DNA of 64,000 bases from Parcubacteria group bacterium CG1_02_58_44 (GCA_001872545.1 MNWN01000041.1:218-64217); one strand, 5' to 3'. Positions 36,544-47,892 are shown, counted from the stretch's first letter. The notes: generated by a model from the letters alone, not told the origin. Numbers and translations: made by a program.

Positions 36544-37437
36544 CTAGCTTCTGGACCGCTTCTGAAACACGACCAGCAGGGGCGAAGCCAGAAAAATCGA
36601 AGAATAGGTTCCGGCAACCAGACCGATGATCAGCGCCAACGCAAACCAGCGCAGGCTCTCCCCTCCCCAGATGTAGATGGCGATGAGCGGCAGCAGAGTA
36701 GTGAGCGTAGTGTTGATCGACCGGGCCAGAGTCTCGTTGACGCTTCGCTCGACGATCTGCTCGAACGATCCATGACCCTTTAGCAGGTTCTCGCGCACGC
36801 GGTCGAACACTACAATGGTGTCATGGACCGAGAAGCCGAGTACGGTCAGCATGGCCGCCACGAAGGCCGAGTTGATCTCTACCATCAACACGTGCCCCAA
36901 TATGGCAAACACGCCCAGCGGAATCAACACGTCATGGAACAGCGCGGCGATCAGCGTAGTGATGCCGTACTTCCAGGAGGCTACCGGCCGCGAGACCCTG
37001 CGGAAGGCGTAGGCCACATAGGAAGCGATTCCCAACAGCACCAGCGACAGCGACCAGACAGCCTTGCGACTCATCTCCGAGCCGATGGACGGACCGATCG
37101 ACTCAAAACGCAGCTCCTCCGTACCGTCATACTTCTCCCGAATGGACGACAACAGCGCCTGATGCGCCTCCTCGTCCATGCCCGGCAGTCGTATCAGCAT
37201 TCCGTCTTCGCCGAGCGGCTGGACCGAAATGTCGCTGTAGCCCTGCTCCCCGAGCTGGGCGTTCATGTCCTGAACTATCGGACGTTCGCCGCCGAACTTC
37301 AGTTCCATCAGGGCGCCGCCGGTGAAGTCGATGCCCAGCCTCAGCGGAAACATAACCAGCGCAGAGATGCTGGCCACGACCAGCAGACCGGAAAGAGCGA
37401 ACCAGACGTTGCGGTATTTGATGATTGGATAGGTCAT
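36544..37437 (-). CDS. secF: protein-export membrane protein SecF
   Basis: MTYPIIKYRNVWFALSGLLVVASISALVMFPLRLGIDFTGG... Confidence 0.9.
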   Translation of the reverse strand: MTYPIIKYRNVWFALSGLLVVASISALVMFPLRLGIDFTGGALMELKFGGERPIVQDMNAQLGEQGYSDISVQPLGEDGMLIRLPGMDEEAHQALLSSIREKYDGTEELRFESIGPSIGSEMSRKAVWSLSLVLLGIASYVAYAFRRVSRPVASWKYGITTLIAALFHDVLIPLGVFAILGHVLMVEINSAFVAAMLTVLGFSVHDTIVVFDRVRENLLKGHGSFEQIVERSVNETLARSINTTLTTLLPLIAIYIWGGESLRWFALALIIGLVAGTYSSIFLASPLLVVFQKRSRS

Positions 37438-37449
37438 ACGTTTCGGCCG

Positions 37450-39618
37450 TTATTTCGTTTCCGTCCGGTTAGGCCCGTCCTCACGCAGCTTACCGCGGTT
37501 GAGTCCCGGCAGGTAGAGCAGCTCGGACCTGAACGGTCTCCAACCGGAAACCAAGCGCAGCAGGGTACGGCTGACAGTGATGGCCGAGAACATCGAGACC
37601 AGTACGCCGATACCGAGGGTGAAGGCGAAGCCCTTGATCAGCGACGAACTGGTGTAAAACAGGATGCAGCAGGAGATCAGCGTAGTCAGGTTTGAATCAC
37701 GAATCGACGGCCAGGCCCGACGGAAACCTTCTTCCAGGGCAGACTGCAGGGTCCGACCCCGCTGCAGCTCCTCCTTCAGCCGTTCGAAGATAAGAATGTT
37801 GGCGTCGACGGCCATGCCCAACGACAGGATCAGTCCGGCGAAGCCCGACAGCGTCAAGGTAACCGGAATCAGCTTATAGATGGCCAAGTTGACGGCCGTA
37901 TAGATGCCCAAAGCCACGACCGCAACCAACCCGGGCAGGCGGTAGTAAAGCAGCATGAACAGCACCACTATCAGGAAGCCGATCAGTCCGGCCCTGAGCG
38001 ACGAATATAGCGAATCATTGCCGAGAGTCGCGCCGACCGACTGCTGGGTCTCGAGATGAATCGGCACGGGCAGGGCACCGGCGTTCAGACGTTGGGCCAG
38101 CAGCTTGGCTTCCTGTATGGAGAAGTTGCCGCTGATGACCGCCTCACCGCCGGAGATGACCTGGTTGACGGTCGGGACGCTGATGGCCTCACCGTCGAGG
38201 AAGATGGCGACCGGCCGGCCGACGTTCCGTCCGGTGATATCGGCGAACAGGTCCTTGCCCTCGGGGTCGAACTCCAACGCGACCTGCGGCTCATTGGTCT
38301 GCGGATGGAACTGCACCACCGAACGCTTGAGCTGCTTGCCGGAAAGTTGGGTATTCTTCCACTGGTCGGCCGGCGGCACGTAGTCCGCTGCGGTCTTCTC
38401 GTTGACCTGGATGTGTCTCAGGTGGTACTCAACGATAGGCCGGGCATCAGTCTTATATATGACATGGAATCCGAAGTCGGTCTCGACCGGCTCGGCGGTG
38501 ATCTCACCGACCGCCAGAGCCTGTGTCGCGTCCTCGAAAGGCTTGACCATCGTGCCGGGCTGAAACCAGTCCAGGTCGCCGCCATTCTCCGCAGTTCCCA
38601 CGTCAGAAGAATTGTCCTGGGCCAGCTGGGCGAAGTTGTCCGGCGTGGCCTGTCCGGCCAGCTCCCGGGCCAGACTCAGAGCCTCGTCCTTGCTGCGTTC
38701 GGATTCGCATCGTGCGGCTCCGGCGTAGCAGATCAGGATATGTGAGGCCTTCATCTCCTGCCCTGACTCCCGCTGCCCCTCAAAGCGGACGATATGGTAG
38801 CCGCGATAGTCCTCCAGCAGCCGGGGAACGACCTGTCCCTCAGACACCATGTCATCGCTCAGCAGCTGGTCGATCAGTTCGGAGTACGGACCGGACTTTG
38901 ACTGAAAATCGAGATCCCCTCCGGTACCCCGGGTGGACAGGTCGTCTGAGTTCTCGGTAGCCAGGGCGACAAAGTCGCTACCGGACAGAGCCTGTGCCAA
39001 CAAGTCATCGGCTTTGGATTTGGCGGCTGCATTGTTTGCTTCCAGGTCAGCCTGCTCCTCGGCGGTCAGGGCCCGTGGCGGCTCGTCGTTCTGTTCCTTG
39101 AACTCGAGGATCGGAGTCTCGCCGATCAGCCTAATGGCCTCGGATATGTCCGACACTCCGGCCAGGTCGACGATCAGACGCCACTCGTCGCCGGACTTGT
39201 TGGTCTGAACCAGCGGTTCGGACACGCCGAAAGAGTTGACCCGCCGCTCGATGACGTCACGCACACCGGCGATCGATGCGTCCTGCTCCGAGGCGGAGAT
39301 GTTACTCATGTCGGCCACGTAGACCAGATGAGTTCCGCCCTGCAGGTCCAGGCCCAGCATGAACGGCTTTTCCCAAAACCGCGGCACCTGAAGATTGAAT
39401 CCAAGGGTTCCCTCGGACCAACTGTTGATCCGGTCGACGGACGAATTCCACCACTTCGGATAGCTCAGTGCACTGGAGAAGACCAGCAGCAGTACGATGA
39501 GAAACGCCGCCCGTCTGATCCGGCCGCGGGGCGTAGCCGGCAGGAGAAGCGACAGCAGAACACCCCAAAATCCACGGAGTGTCCGGCGTGAGCCTTTGAG
39601 AAAAGATTTCATACTCAT
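37450..39618 (-). CDS. secD: protein-export membrane protein SecD carrying a PpiC/parvulin-type peptidyl-prolyl isomerase domain inserted in its periplasmic region
   Basis: The SecD core is present (GLDLQGGTHLVY...; C-terminal 6-TM bundle ...LGMAVDANILIFERLKEE...). The inserted parvulin signature reads ASHILI...GGDLDWF...GEITAEPVETDFGFHVIY. Confidence 0.85.
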   Translation of the reverse strand: MSMKSFLKGSRRTLRGFWGVLLSLLLPATPRGRIRRAAFLIVLLLVFSSALSYPKWWNSSVDRINSWSEGTLGFNLQVPRFWEKPFMLGLDLQGGTHLVYVADMSNISASEQDASIAGVRDVIERRVNSFGVSEPLVQTNKSGDEWRLIVDLAGVSDISEAIRLIGETPILEFKEQNDEPPRALTAEEQADLEANNAAAKSKADDLLAQALSGSDFVALATENSDDLSTRGTGGDLDFQSKSGPYSELIDQLLSDDMVSEGQVVPRLLEDYRGYHIVRFEGQRESGQEMKASHILICYAGAARCESERSKDEALSLARELAGQATPDNFAQLAQDNSSDVGTAENGGDLDWFQPGTMVKPFEDATQALAVGEITAEPVETDFGFHVIYKTDARPIVEYHLRHIQVNEKTAADYVPPADQWKNTQLSGKQLKRSVVQFHPQTNEPQVALEFDPEGKDLFADITGRNVGRPVAIFLDGEAISVPTVNQVISGGEAVISGNFSIQEAKLLAQRLNAGALPVPIHLETQQSVGATLGNDSLYSSLRAGLIGFLIVVLFMLLYYRLPGLVAVVALGIYTAVNLAIYKLIPVTLTLSGFAGLILSLGMAVDANILIFERLKEELQRGRTLQSALEEGFRRAWPSIRDSNLTTLISCCILFYTSSSLIKGFAFTLGIGVLVSMFSAITVSRTLLRLVSGWRPFRSELLYLPGLNRGKLREDGPNRTETK

Positions 39619-39785
39619 ACTTGAGGAATCCCTCGGAAAAAACGAGCGCGACAGGACGCGCTGCCTACGTCAGATTATTCACAACTGCCAATCATCCTAA
39701 TTAAATGCGCCCGTTTTGACAACTCGACTGTTGTTCCGTAGGTGGCCGACCCTTATGGGGTGCGTTCGGGCATCCCAAATCTAAC

Positions 39786-39817
39786 CAAAAAGGCGGATAC
39801 CCACCCGGGCCCGCCTT
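39786..39817 (-). terminator. intrinsic terminator after the 147-aa hypothetical gene
   Basis: AAGGCGG-(14 nt)-CCGCCTT followed by TTTTTGG on the minus strand. Confidence 0.6.
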
Positions 39818-39839
39818 GATTTGTTTCTGTCCCCCTTTT

Positions 39840-40283
39840 TTAGGCCGGCTGCACGAACGGAGCGAAGGTGCGCTCCTGATGAGACTCGGCCCGCGCTGCC
39901 GCAGCCGCCTCGGCCATCACAGCAGAGACCGGCGTGTCGTCCTTCTTGAACCGAACCGTGAACTGCGGCACGTAGCGTGTCTCGTCCTCGACGATCTCGA
40001 CGGTCTTGCCCTCGACATACATGTTGAGCGCCAAGTCGGAGAGCAGCTCGGTGTCGGCGACGATCTCGTCCTTCAGCACGTCCATGCGATCGACTTCTGA
40101 CGAACAGGACATCTTGACCGTACCCTCAATCGACTTCTTGCGCTCGCGTAGGGTCTTCAGCTCCTCGACGACCTGCTGATACTCGGCGTTCTGGGCCAGC
40201 TCGTCCTTGACGACGCGATTCAGGTCACGGCGTTCCTTCTTCTTTTCCTTAAGACGATGATGTAGCTCATTGATGTCCCACAT
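39840..40283 (-). CDS. hypothetical protein (N-terminal coiled-coil)
   Basis: 147-aa ORF with no recognisable family. Confidence 0.45.
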   Translation of the reverse strand: MWDINELHHRLKEKKKERRDLNRVVKDELAQNAEYQQVVEELKTLRERKKSIEGTVKMSCSSEVDRMDVLKDEIVADTELLSDLALNMYVEGKTVEIVEDETRYVPQFTVRFKKDDTPVSAVMAEAAAAARAESHQERTFAPFVQPA

Positions 40284-40373
40284 GGCGTTCGGGTTTAGCT
40301 GAAGACGTCTTGCATGCTATCAGCTTCAAGGGCCGATGTCATCCCCAATGACGGATCGACCGTAGCGAGCCGC

Positions 40374-40814
40374 TCAGACGACCAGCCGACCGAGGTCGCC
40401 GTCCAGAACGACAGGCCGGAAAGCCTCGATCTCGGTGCGACAGGACGGCATGTCAGGAATCGAATTCAGCAGAAACATCTTCTGGTCCAGAACGTGGGCA
40501 AAACCCATCTCCAGAAAAGTGTTGCCGCCGATGTAGCCGGCCACTCCGTTCTTTTCGCCATTCACGACCAGAATCGCGTCTCCATCCCTGATGGCCCGCC
40601 AGTGCTTCCGGATCAGATCATCCCTGATCGTCCTTTCGGCGAAGGTCCCTATCGCCTTCTCGCTGTTGATCTGACCCAACGTCACCTCCCCGCTGATGAT
40701 TCTGCGAGCGGTCGCCGGAATGTATACCTCATGGAAGCCCATGGATCCGAGCCGACCCGCCAGTTCATCGAACTGACGATAAAAGTTGAGACTGCCGCAG
40801 AAGACGATCTTCAT
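40374..40814 (-). CDS. nucleoside 2-deoxyribosyltransferase superfamily protein, DNPH1/Rcl-like (putative 2'-deoxynucleoside 5'-phosphate N-hydrolase)
   Basis: It begins MKIVFCGSLNFYRQ..., matching the FCGS start of Rcl/DNPH1. A central DAILVVNGEKNGVAGYIGGNTFLEMGFAHVLDQKMFLL matches the substrate/catalytic segment of the fold. It is 146 aa. Confidence 0.55.
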   Translation of the reverse strand: MKIVFCGSLNFYRQFDELAGRLGSMGFHEVYIPATARRIISGEVTLGQINSEKAIGTFAERTIRDDLIRKHWRAIRDGDAILVVNGEKNGVAGYIGGNTFLEMGFAHVLDQKMFLLNSIPDMPSCRTEIEAFRPVVLDGDLGRLVV

Positions 40815-41272
40815 GATAAACTGTCGGTTACTTTGCCGAAACCGTCTTTTGGTAGGCGGCTATGGCCGTCTTGACGGTCGACACCGAACCGGCCCAGCTG
40901 CAATACGACCTTCTCGAGCTTACTGCAGTTGCCGCAAAAATTAGAGATGTCTTCCGGCAGGCCGACCGCCGCATAAAGTCGCCGCCAAGTCTTCAGCCGA
41001 TTCATGAACTTGTCGGTCGACCCGCGTGTCGACGGCCACAGCTCCCCATCCAACCGAAACCGCCAAAACAACCATAGCTGCAGAAAATGAAATACATCGC
41101 CGAACTCCTCCTTCATGCCGGCCGGGTTACGGTGCCAGACCTCGACCAGCCATTCCTTGACTTCAGCCCAGATATGCCGGGGCAAAATCCGCTCGTTTGA
41201 GGTGAATTCTCGTACGTATTGGCTAATTTTCATGTTAAAGATGAACACTCCGTCATTATTTCTTTCAAGCAA
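40811..41272 (-). CDS. MazG-like all-alpha NTP pyrophosphohydrolase (tentative)
   Basis: The spacing of EVKEWLVEV ... KEEFGDVFHFL matches the ExxE-(n)-ExxD signature. It overlaps DNPH1-like by 4 nt and the repeat-protein gene by 8 nt. Confidence 0.35.
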   Translation of the reverse strand: MLERNNDGVFIFNMKISQYVREFTSNERILPRHIWAEVKEWLVEVWHRNPAGMKEEFGDVFHFLQLWLFWRFRLDGELWPSTRGSTDKFMNRLKTWRRLYAAVGLPEDISNFCGNCSKLEKVVLQLGRFGVDRQDGHSRLPKDGFGKVTDSLS

Positions 41273-41753
41273 TCCTAGTCGAATTCAAACGTCCCTCGAT
41301 CCGGTCCATGCGCACAAGAGACGACAGACGTTCCTCGTCCAACCTATTAAGTACCGACGTTTGCTTGTCGAACTCGATCATCATGCGGTCTTCCAGACCG
41401 TCAACCCGTGCGTTCGCCGCCAAATCACCGAGCTTGTCGTCGATCTCCACCACCTTCTGAAAGAGCAGGTCCTCCCGCTCGTTCAGACCCCTGACCTCGG
41501 TCGTCAATTCCTCGATCTGGCCATTCAGCCGCCGGTCCATATCCGACATTTGGCCCTCGAAGCCGTCGAGTCGTCCGGTCAGCTTCCCAATCTCACCCGT
41601 CAGCCGCTGATCCATGTCGGACATCTGGCCGGTAAGGCGCTGATCAAGCCCTTCGATCTTACCGGTAAGACGCCGGTCTAGACCCTCGATCTGGCCGGTC
41701 AATAAAGTTGCCAAACCGTCTATTTTGTCGATTATCACTTGCTTGTCGCTCAT
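41265..41753 (-). CDS. coiled-coil protein built from at least 6 tandem 11-residue repeats (LTGxIExLDxR)
   Basis: LTGQIEGLDRR/LTGKIEGLDQR/LTGQMSDMDQR/LTGEIGKLTGR/LDGFEGQMSDMDRR/LNGQIEELTTE; hendecad periodicity. Confidence 0.55.
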   Translation of the reverse strand: MSDKQVIIDKIDGLATLLTGQIEGLDRRLTGKIEGLDQRLTGQMSDMDQRLTGEIGKLTGRLDGFEGQMSDMDRRLNGQIEELTTEVRGLNEREDLLFQKVVEIDDKLGDLAANARVDGLEDRMMIEFDKQTSVLNRLDEERLSSLVRMDRIEGRLNSTRIA

Positions 41754-41820
41754 AATCCGTCGGTTATTTCTATGACAACATTCCTTTTAGGGTACCCATA
41801 AAACGCCGTCAAATCAAACC

Positions 41821-41850
41821 AAAAAACCGGACCATGAGGCACGGTTTTTC
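41821..41850. terminator. palindromic hairpin terminator (AAAAACCG-12 nt-CGGTTTTT) downstream of the Nudix gene
   Basis: A/T runs on both sides of a perfect 8-bp stem. Confidence 0.55.
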
Positions 41851-41876
41851 CGCCTTAAAACGCCCCACGAAAAGGC

Positions 41877-42299
41877 CTAGCTCAACAAGATTCCTCGCTC
41901 AAGCAGATCGGGGATGATTTTCTCCCGTATGATCTCACTTACTTCCTGATTGTCACGATCATTCTTTCCGAGCCAGCCGAGAGCGACGATTTCCGAGTTG
42001 GGTACCGGTTGACCGACGATCGAACCGGAATACAGCTTGATGTTGACGATCTTTCCGGGCAGACCGGCAGCCGGAGCTTCATATTCTCCGACAAACTTCA
42101 CGGTCGACACGTCGAGTTGGCAGTTCAGTTCTTCCCCAACCTCTCTGGCCAACGATTCCTCGACCGATTCGCCGGCCTCAATGCTACCTCCTGGCATCAG
42201 CCACTGTGAGGTGACGTCCTCCTTAGACTTGTGGTCTACGAGAAACTTCGTCCTGTCCTCGTTAAGAATAAGCAGTGCGCTCTCGTTGATGTCTGCCAT
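41877..42299 (-). CDS. NUDIX hydrolase
   Basis: Nudix box GGSIEAGESVEESLAREVGEELN. Confidence 0.85.
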   Translation of the reverse strand: MADINESALLILNEDRTKFLVDHKSKEDVTSQWLMPGGSIEAGESVEESLAREVGEELNCQLDVSTVKFVGEYEAPAAGLPGKIVNIKLYSGSIVGQPVPNSEIVALGWLGKNDRDNQEVSEIIREKIIPDLLERGILLS

Positions 42300-42308
42300 A
42301 GTTTCAAG

Positions 42309-42740
42309 TTAGTCCAGGCATTCGCCGACAAGACTGATGGCCTCGTCTTTTCCCAAAAAATGCCCGACCCTTACGACCTTGTCGGGTCGATGATCGAAAA
42401 CGTGCGAGATGAATTCAACCAGCTTACCCTTCGTCTCCTCATCGATCGAGACTTCATTATCGAGCAGTGCGGCCAAGACATTAAGATCTTCCTTACCGTC
42501 TTCGGACTGTTCCATCATTCCGATCGGATCACATTCCACCACCTGCCCAGTTCTCAGCTTCTTTTCGGTGATGATAAAGCAGTCCAAGTTGTCCCCGTCA
42601 CCGCTTGTCGTCCCCAAGATAAACCCGTACGGAAAGGGATACTCACGGGACACCCTGATGACCTTCCTGAACTCCAGCGTCTTTTCGTTGTACAAATTCT
42701 TCCGATCGGAACCGGCCTCATTCTCTATGAACACCTGCAT
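42309..42740 (-). CDS. ppa: inorganic pyrophosphatase (family I)
   Basis: ...EYPFPYGFILGTTSGDGDNLDCFII...; the start is MQVFIENEAGSD at about 42740, and the ORF track extends it to 42818. Confidence 0.85.
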   Translation of the reverse strand: MQVFIENEAGSDRKNLYNEKTLEFRKVIRVSREYPFPYGFILGTTSGDGDNLDCFIITEKKLRTGQVVECDPIGMMEQSEDGKEDLNVLAALLDNEVSIDEETKGKLVEFISHVFDHRPDKVVRVGHFLGKDEAISLVGECLD

Positions 42741-42759
42741 AACTGATTTCGTAACTTTA

Positions 42760-42969
42760 TCAATTCTCCACCCACCTGACGACCATGACATGACTGTCCT
42801 CCAGCGCCTCTGACTCATGCATCTGACCGGAATGTAGAGCGTAATCTCCAGGACTGGATAGAATCATTTCTGTCGAACTGTTCGGAAAGTTCTGACGCCA
42901 CCTGCCGGAAATCAGCATGACCAGTGTCCTATCGCTCTCGTTCAGCTCGTGACCGGTCTCCTTTTTCAA
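42760..42969 (-). CDS. small hypothetical protein (possible cupin-like fragment)
   Basis: 69-aa ORF at the edge of the low-GC island; weak. Confidence 0.2.
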   Translation of the reverse strand: MKKETGHELNESDRTLVMLISGRWRQNFPNSSTEMILSSPGDYALHSGQMHESEALEDSHVMVVRWVEN

Positions 42970-43184
42970 ACCCTTTTTGTGTCGCGCCCATTTTACTTCG
43001 ACTGTTTCGGAATGACGTGTCCACCTTATTCAATTTCAAATTGAAATCTTAAACTGAGCAATGTCGACATCTTCCGCAAGAAGAGATAACGTTACTTGGA
43101 TTTGAACGGAGTCCATCAAAGCCTTTTGTTTTGGTGTCGACGGGTGCGGACAGAAGTAAAATAGACGTTGTCTAAAGTAACAGT

Positions 43185-43577
43185 ATGGAGTACCATTCCA
43201 TAATGGAAGAGGACCAGAAATTGGTTGACGCGGCAACTATAGTAATCCAGAAGAATTTTCTACTTGGGAAGCATCATGTGGGCTCTGCAGTGCGGGCAAA
43301 ATCTGGAAAGGTCTATGCCGGCGTTCATCTTGAATCCCTAACTGTTGATGTTTGTGCGGAACATGTTGCCATGGGAATGTCAGTCTCGAACGGAGAAAGG
43401 GAATTTGATTCCGTTGTTGCCGTCAGACTGCGAGACGTGTCCAAACCAACCGTCATTTCTCCATGTCAAATCTGTCAGGAATTGATAAATTTCTACGGAT
43501 CAGACATTTGGGTAATTCTTGAAGTCGATGGGGAATTAAAAAAATGTAGAATTAAGGATTTAATGATCCTTGTTTAG
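43185..43577 (+). CDS. blasticidin-S-deaminase-like cytidine/nucleoside-antibiotic deaminase (CDA fold)
   Basis: The SAVRAKSGKVYAGVHLES ... CAEHVAMG ... PCQICQELI pattern matches BSD/Bsr. BSD/Bsr show AALSSDGRIFTGVNV ... CAELVVLG ... PCGRCRQVL; H/CxE and PCxxC are the zinc ligands. The gene is about 42% GC. Confidence 0.7.
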   Translation: MEYHSIMEEDQKLVDAATIVIQKNFLLGKHHVGSAVRAKSGKVYAGVHLESLTVDVCAEHVAMGMSVSNGEREFDSVVAVRLRDVSKPTVISPCQICQELINFYGSDIWVILEVDGELKKCRIKDLMILV

Positions 43578-43664
43578 TTAGAAACACCTTTTAGAAATTC
43601 CATGAGGCATAGTCATGAAGTATGGTGGAGCACGGCAACTTAGATGAACTGAACGAAAGGCTGC

Positions 43665-44543
43665 CTAAGAGCGCGTTCAAAATCTTTTTCGCAAAATGCT
43701 GTAGAAAAGTGGGCACGCCAGTGCCCACTTTTCTTTTACGATATGCGACAACCATACCCAAGCGACGTCACCAGGGAGCAGTTCGAACTCGTCCGTCCGC
43801 TTCTCGAGTCCGCGAGGAAGACGACGCGGCCAAGGACCGTCGACCTGTACGATGCCTACTGCGGACTGCCCTACCTTCTGAAGAGCGGCTGCCAGTGGCG
43901 GATGATCCCGCGCGACTTTCCGAAGTGGAGGACAGTCCATTCCTACTTTCAGATCTGGAGCGCCGCGGACGGGGATCGCGGCAGCCTGCTCGAGCGGGCC
44001 CTAAAAAAAATCGTTGGCACGGTCCGTGTCGACCTCGGCAGGGACCCCTCCACGAGCTTTCTCATCGTTGATGCGCAGAGCGTGAAGAACACCGATTCCG
44101 CCAACGAGAAGGGATATGACGGCGGCAAGAAGGTCTCCGGCATCAAGCGGCACGTCGGAGTCGACACGAACGGCCTGCCGCATGCCATCGCCGTCACGAC
44201 GGCCGACGTCACGGACCGCGACGGAGCCGTTCTCATGGCGGCACAGAGCAGAAGGCACCTCTCCAGGGTGAGGGGACTCCTGGCCGACGGCGGCTATGCC
44301 GGCGCGCCGTTCGCGGAAAGGATCGACGGCATCCTTGGCGCAACGGTCGAGGCAGTGAAGCGAAACGAGATCCACGGGTTCGTCGTGCTTCCGAAGCGGT
44401 GGGTCGTGGAACGGTCGTTCAGCTGGCTGGAAAAATCTCGGAGGCTCTGGAAAAACTGCGAGCGGCTTCTCACGACCAGTCGCCAGATGGTGACGCTGGC
44501 TTTTCTTGTTTTGTTGCAGAAAAGATTTTGAACGCGCTCTAAG
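43665..44543 (+). mobile_element. complete IS5-family insertion sequence (about 879 bp) with 24-bp terminal inverted repeats
   Basis: The left inverted repeat is CTAAGAGCGCGTTCAAAATCTTTT (43665-43688). The right inverted repeat is AAAAGATTTTGAACGCGCTCTAAG (44520-44543), 23 of 24 matching. The transposase stop lies inside the right repeat. Just inside the left repeat, AAAAGTGGGCAC-GCCA-GTGCCCACTTTT (about 43705-43732) forms a hairpin plus T-run. Confidence 0.85.
43743..44531 (+). CDS. IS5-family DDE transposase
   Basis: MRQPYPSDVTREQFELVRPLL...RTVDLYDAYCGLPYLLKSGCQWRMIPRDFPKWRTVHSYF...FLIVDAQSV...LADGGYAG...VVERSFSWL. Confidence 0.9.
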   Translation: MRQPYPSDVTREQFELVRPLLESARKTTRPRTVDLYDAYCGLPYLLKSGCQWRMIPRDFPKWRTVHSYFQIWSAADGDRGSLLERALKKIVGTVRVDLGRDPSTSFLIVDAQSVKNTDSANEKGYDGGKKVSGIKRHVGVDTNGLPHAIAVTTADVTDRDGAVLMAAQSRRHLSRVRGLLADGGYAGAPFAERIDGILGATVEAVKRNEIHGFVVLPKRWVVERSFSWLEKSRRLWKNCERLLTTSRQMVTLAFLVLLQKRF

Positions 44544-44632
44544 AGGAAGGGCTGGTTCGTCGGAGATTTTATTGAATATCCTTCTTGCTGTAAACTTCCA
44601 AATAGAAAATTTAAAGATTCTAACCGGATCGT

Positions 44633-44878
44633 ATGTCCATACTTTCATTAATTTCGATAGCACTGTGGATTCTTGTCGGGGTCGTAGGGCTATTCAAACC
44701 AAAAAGCGTCAAAGTCAACAATCGGCCAGTTAAAAATCCCCTCATCAGAATGATTGTGTGCTTTATCGCTGTGCCTTCCATCGGCATCGTGTTTTTAATT
44801 TTTGGATTAATCGGACTATTCCTGACCGCACCCATCATAGAACTGATCAACCCATCCTGGCTCCCTTTCTCGTTCTAG
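44633..44878 (+). CDS. small 2-TM membrane protein (hypothetical), part of the low-GC island
   Basis: MSILSLISIALWILVGVVGLF...IVFLIFGLIGLFLTAPII; AT-rich codons. Confidence 0.35.
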   Translation: MSILSLISIALWILVGVVGLFKPKSVKVNNRPVKNPLIRMIVCFIAVPSIGIVFLIFGLIGLFLTAPIIELINPSWLPFSF

Positions 44879-44976
44879 CCATTTTTGGATATTAGCGAGA
44901 CTCCACAGTCTCGCTTTTTTTATCTACGTGTCCATGACGCTTCTTATAATTCGACTTTACACGGAATTACAAATTG

Positions 44977-47766
<2,790 letters not shown>

Positions 47767-47861
47767 GTTGGTTCAATAATCCGTGATTGACGGCCTCAAT
47801 ATATACCTCCCCGAACCGAACCGTCCATGCTTCGGGCTAAAATACGGTCCAAATGAAGCCT

Positions 47862-47892
47862 AATGACCCCACAAAACGACGAACGCGCCCGA
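47862..47892 (-). terminator. putative terminator after hpf
   Basis: ACGCGC-(8 nt)-GCGCGT followed within a few nt by a U-run on the minus strand. Confidence 0.4.
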
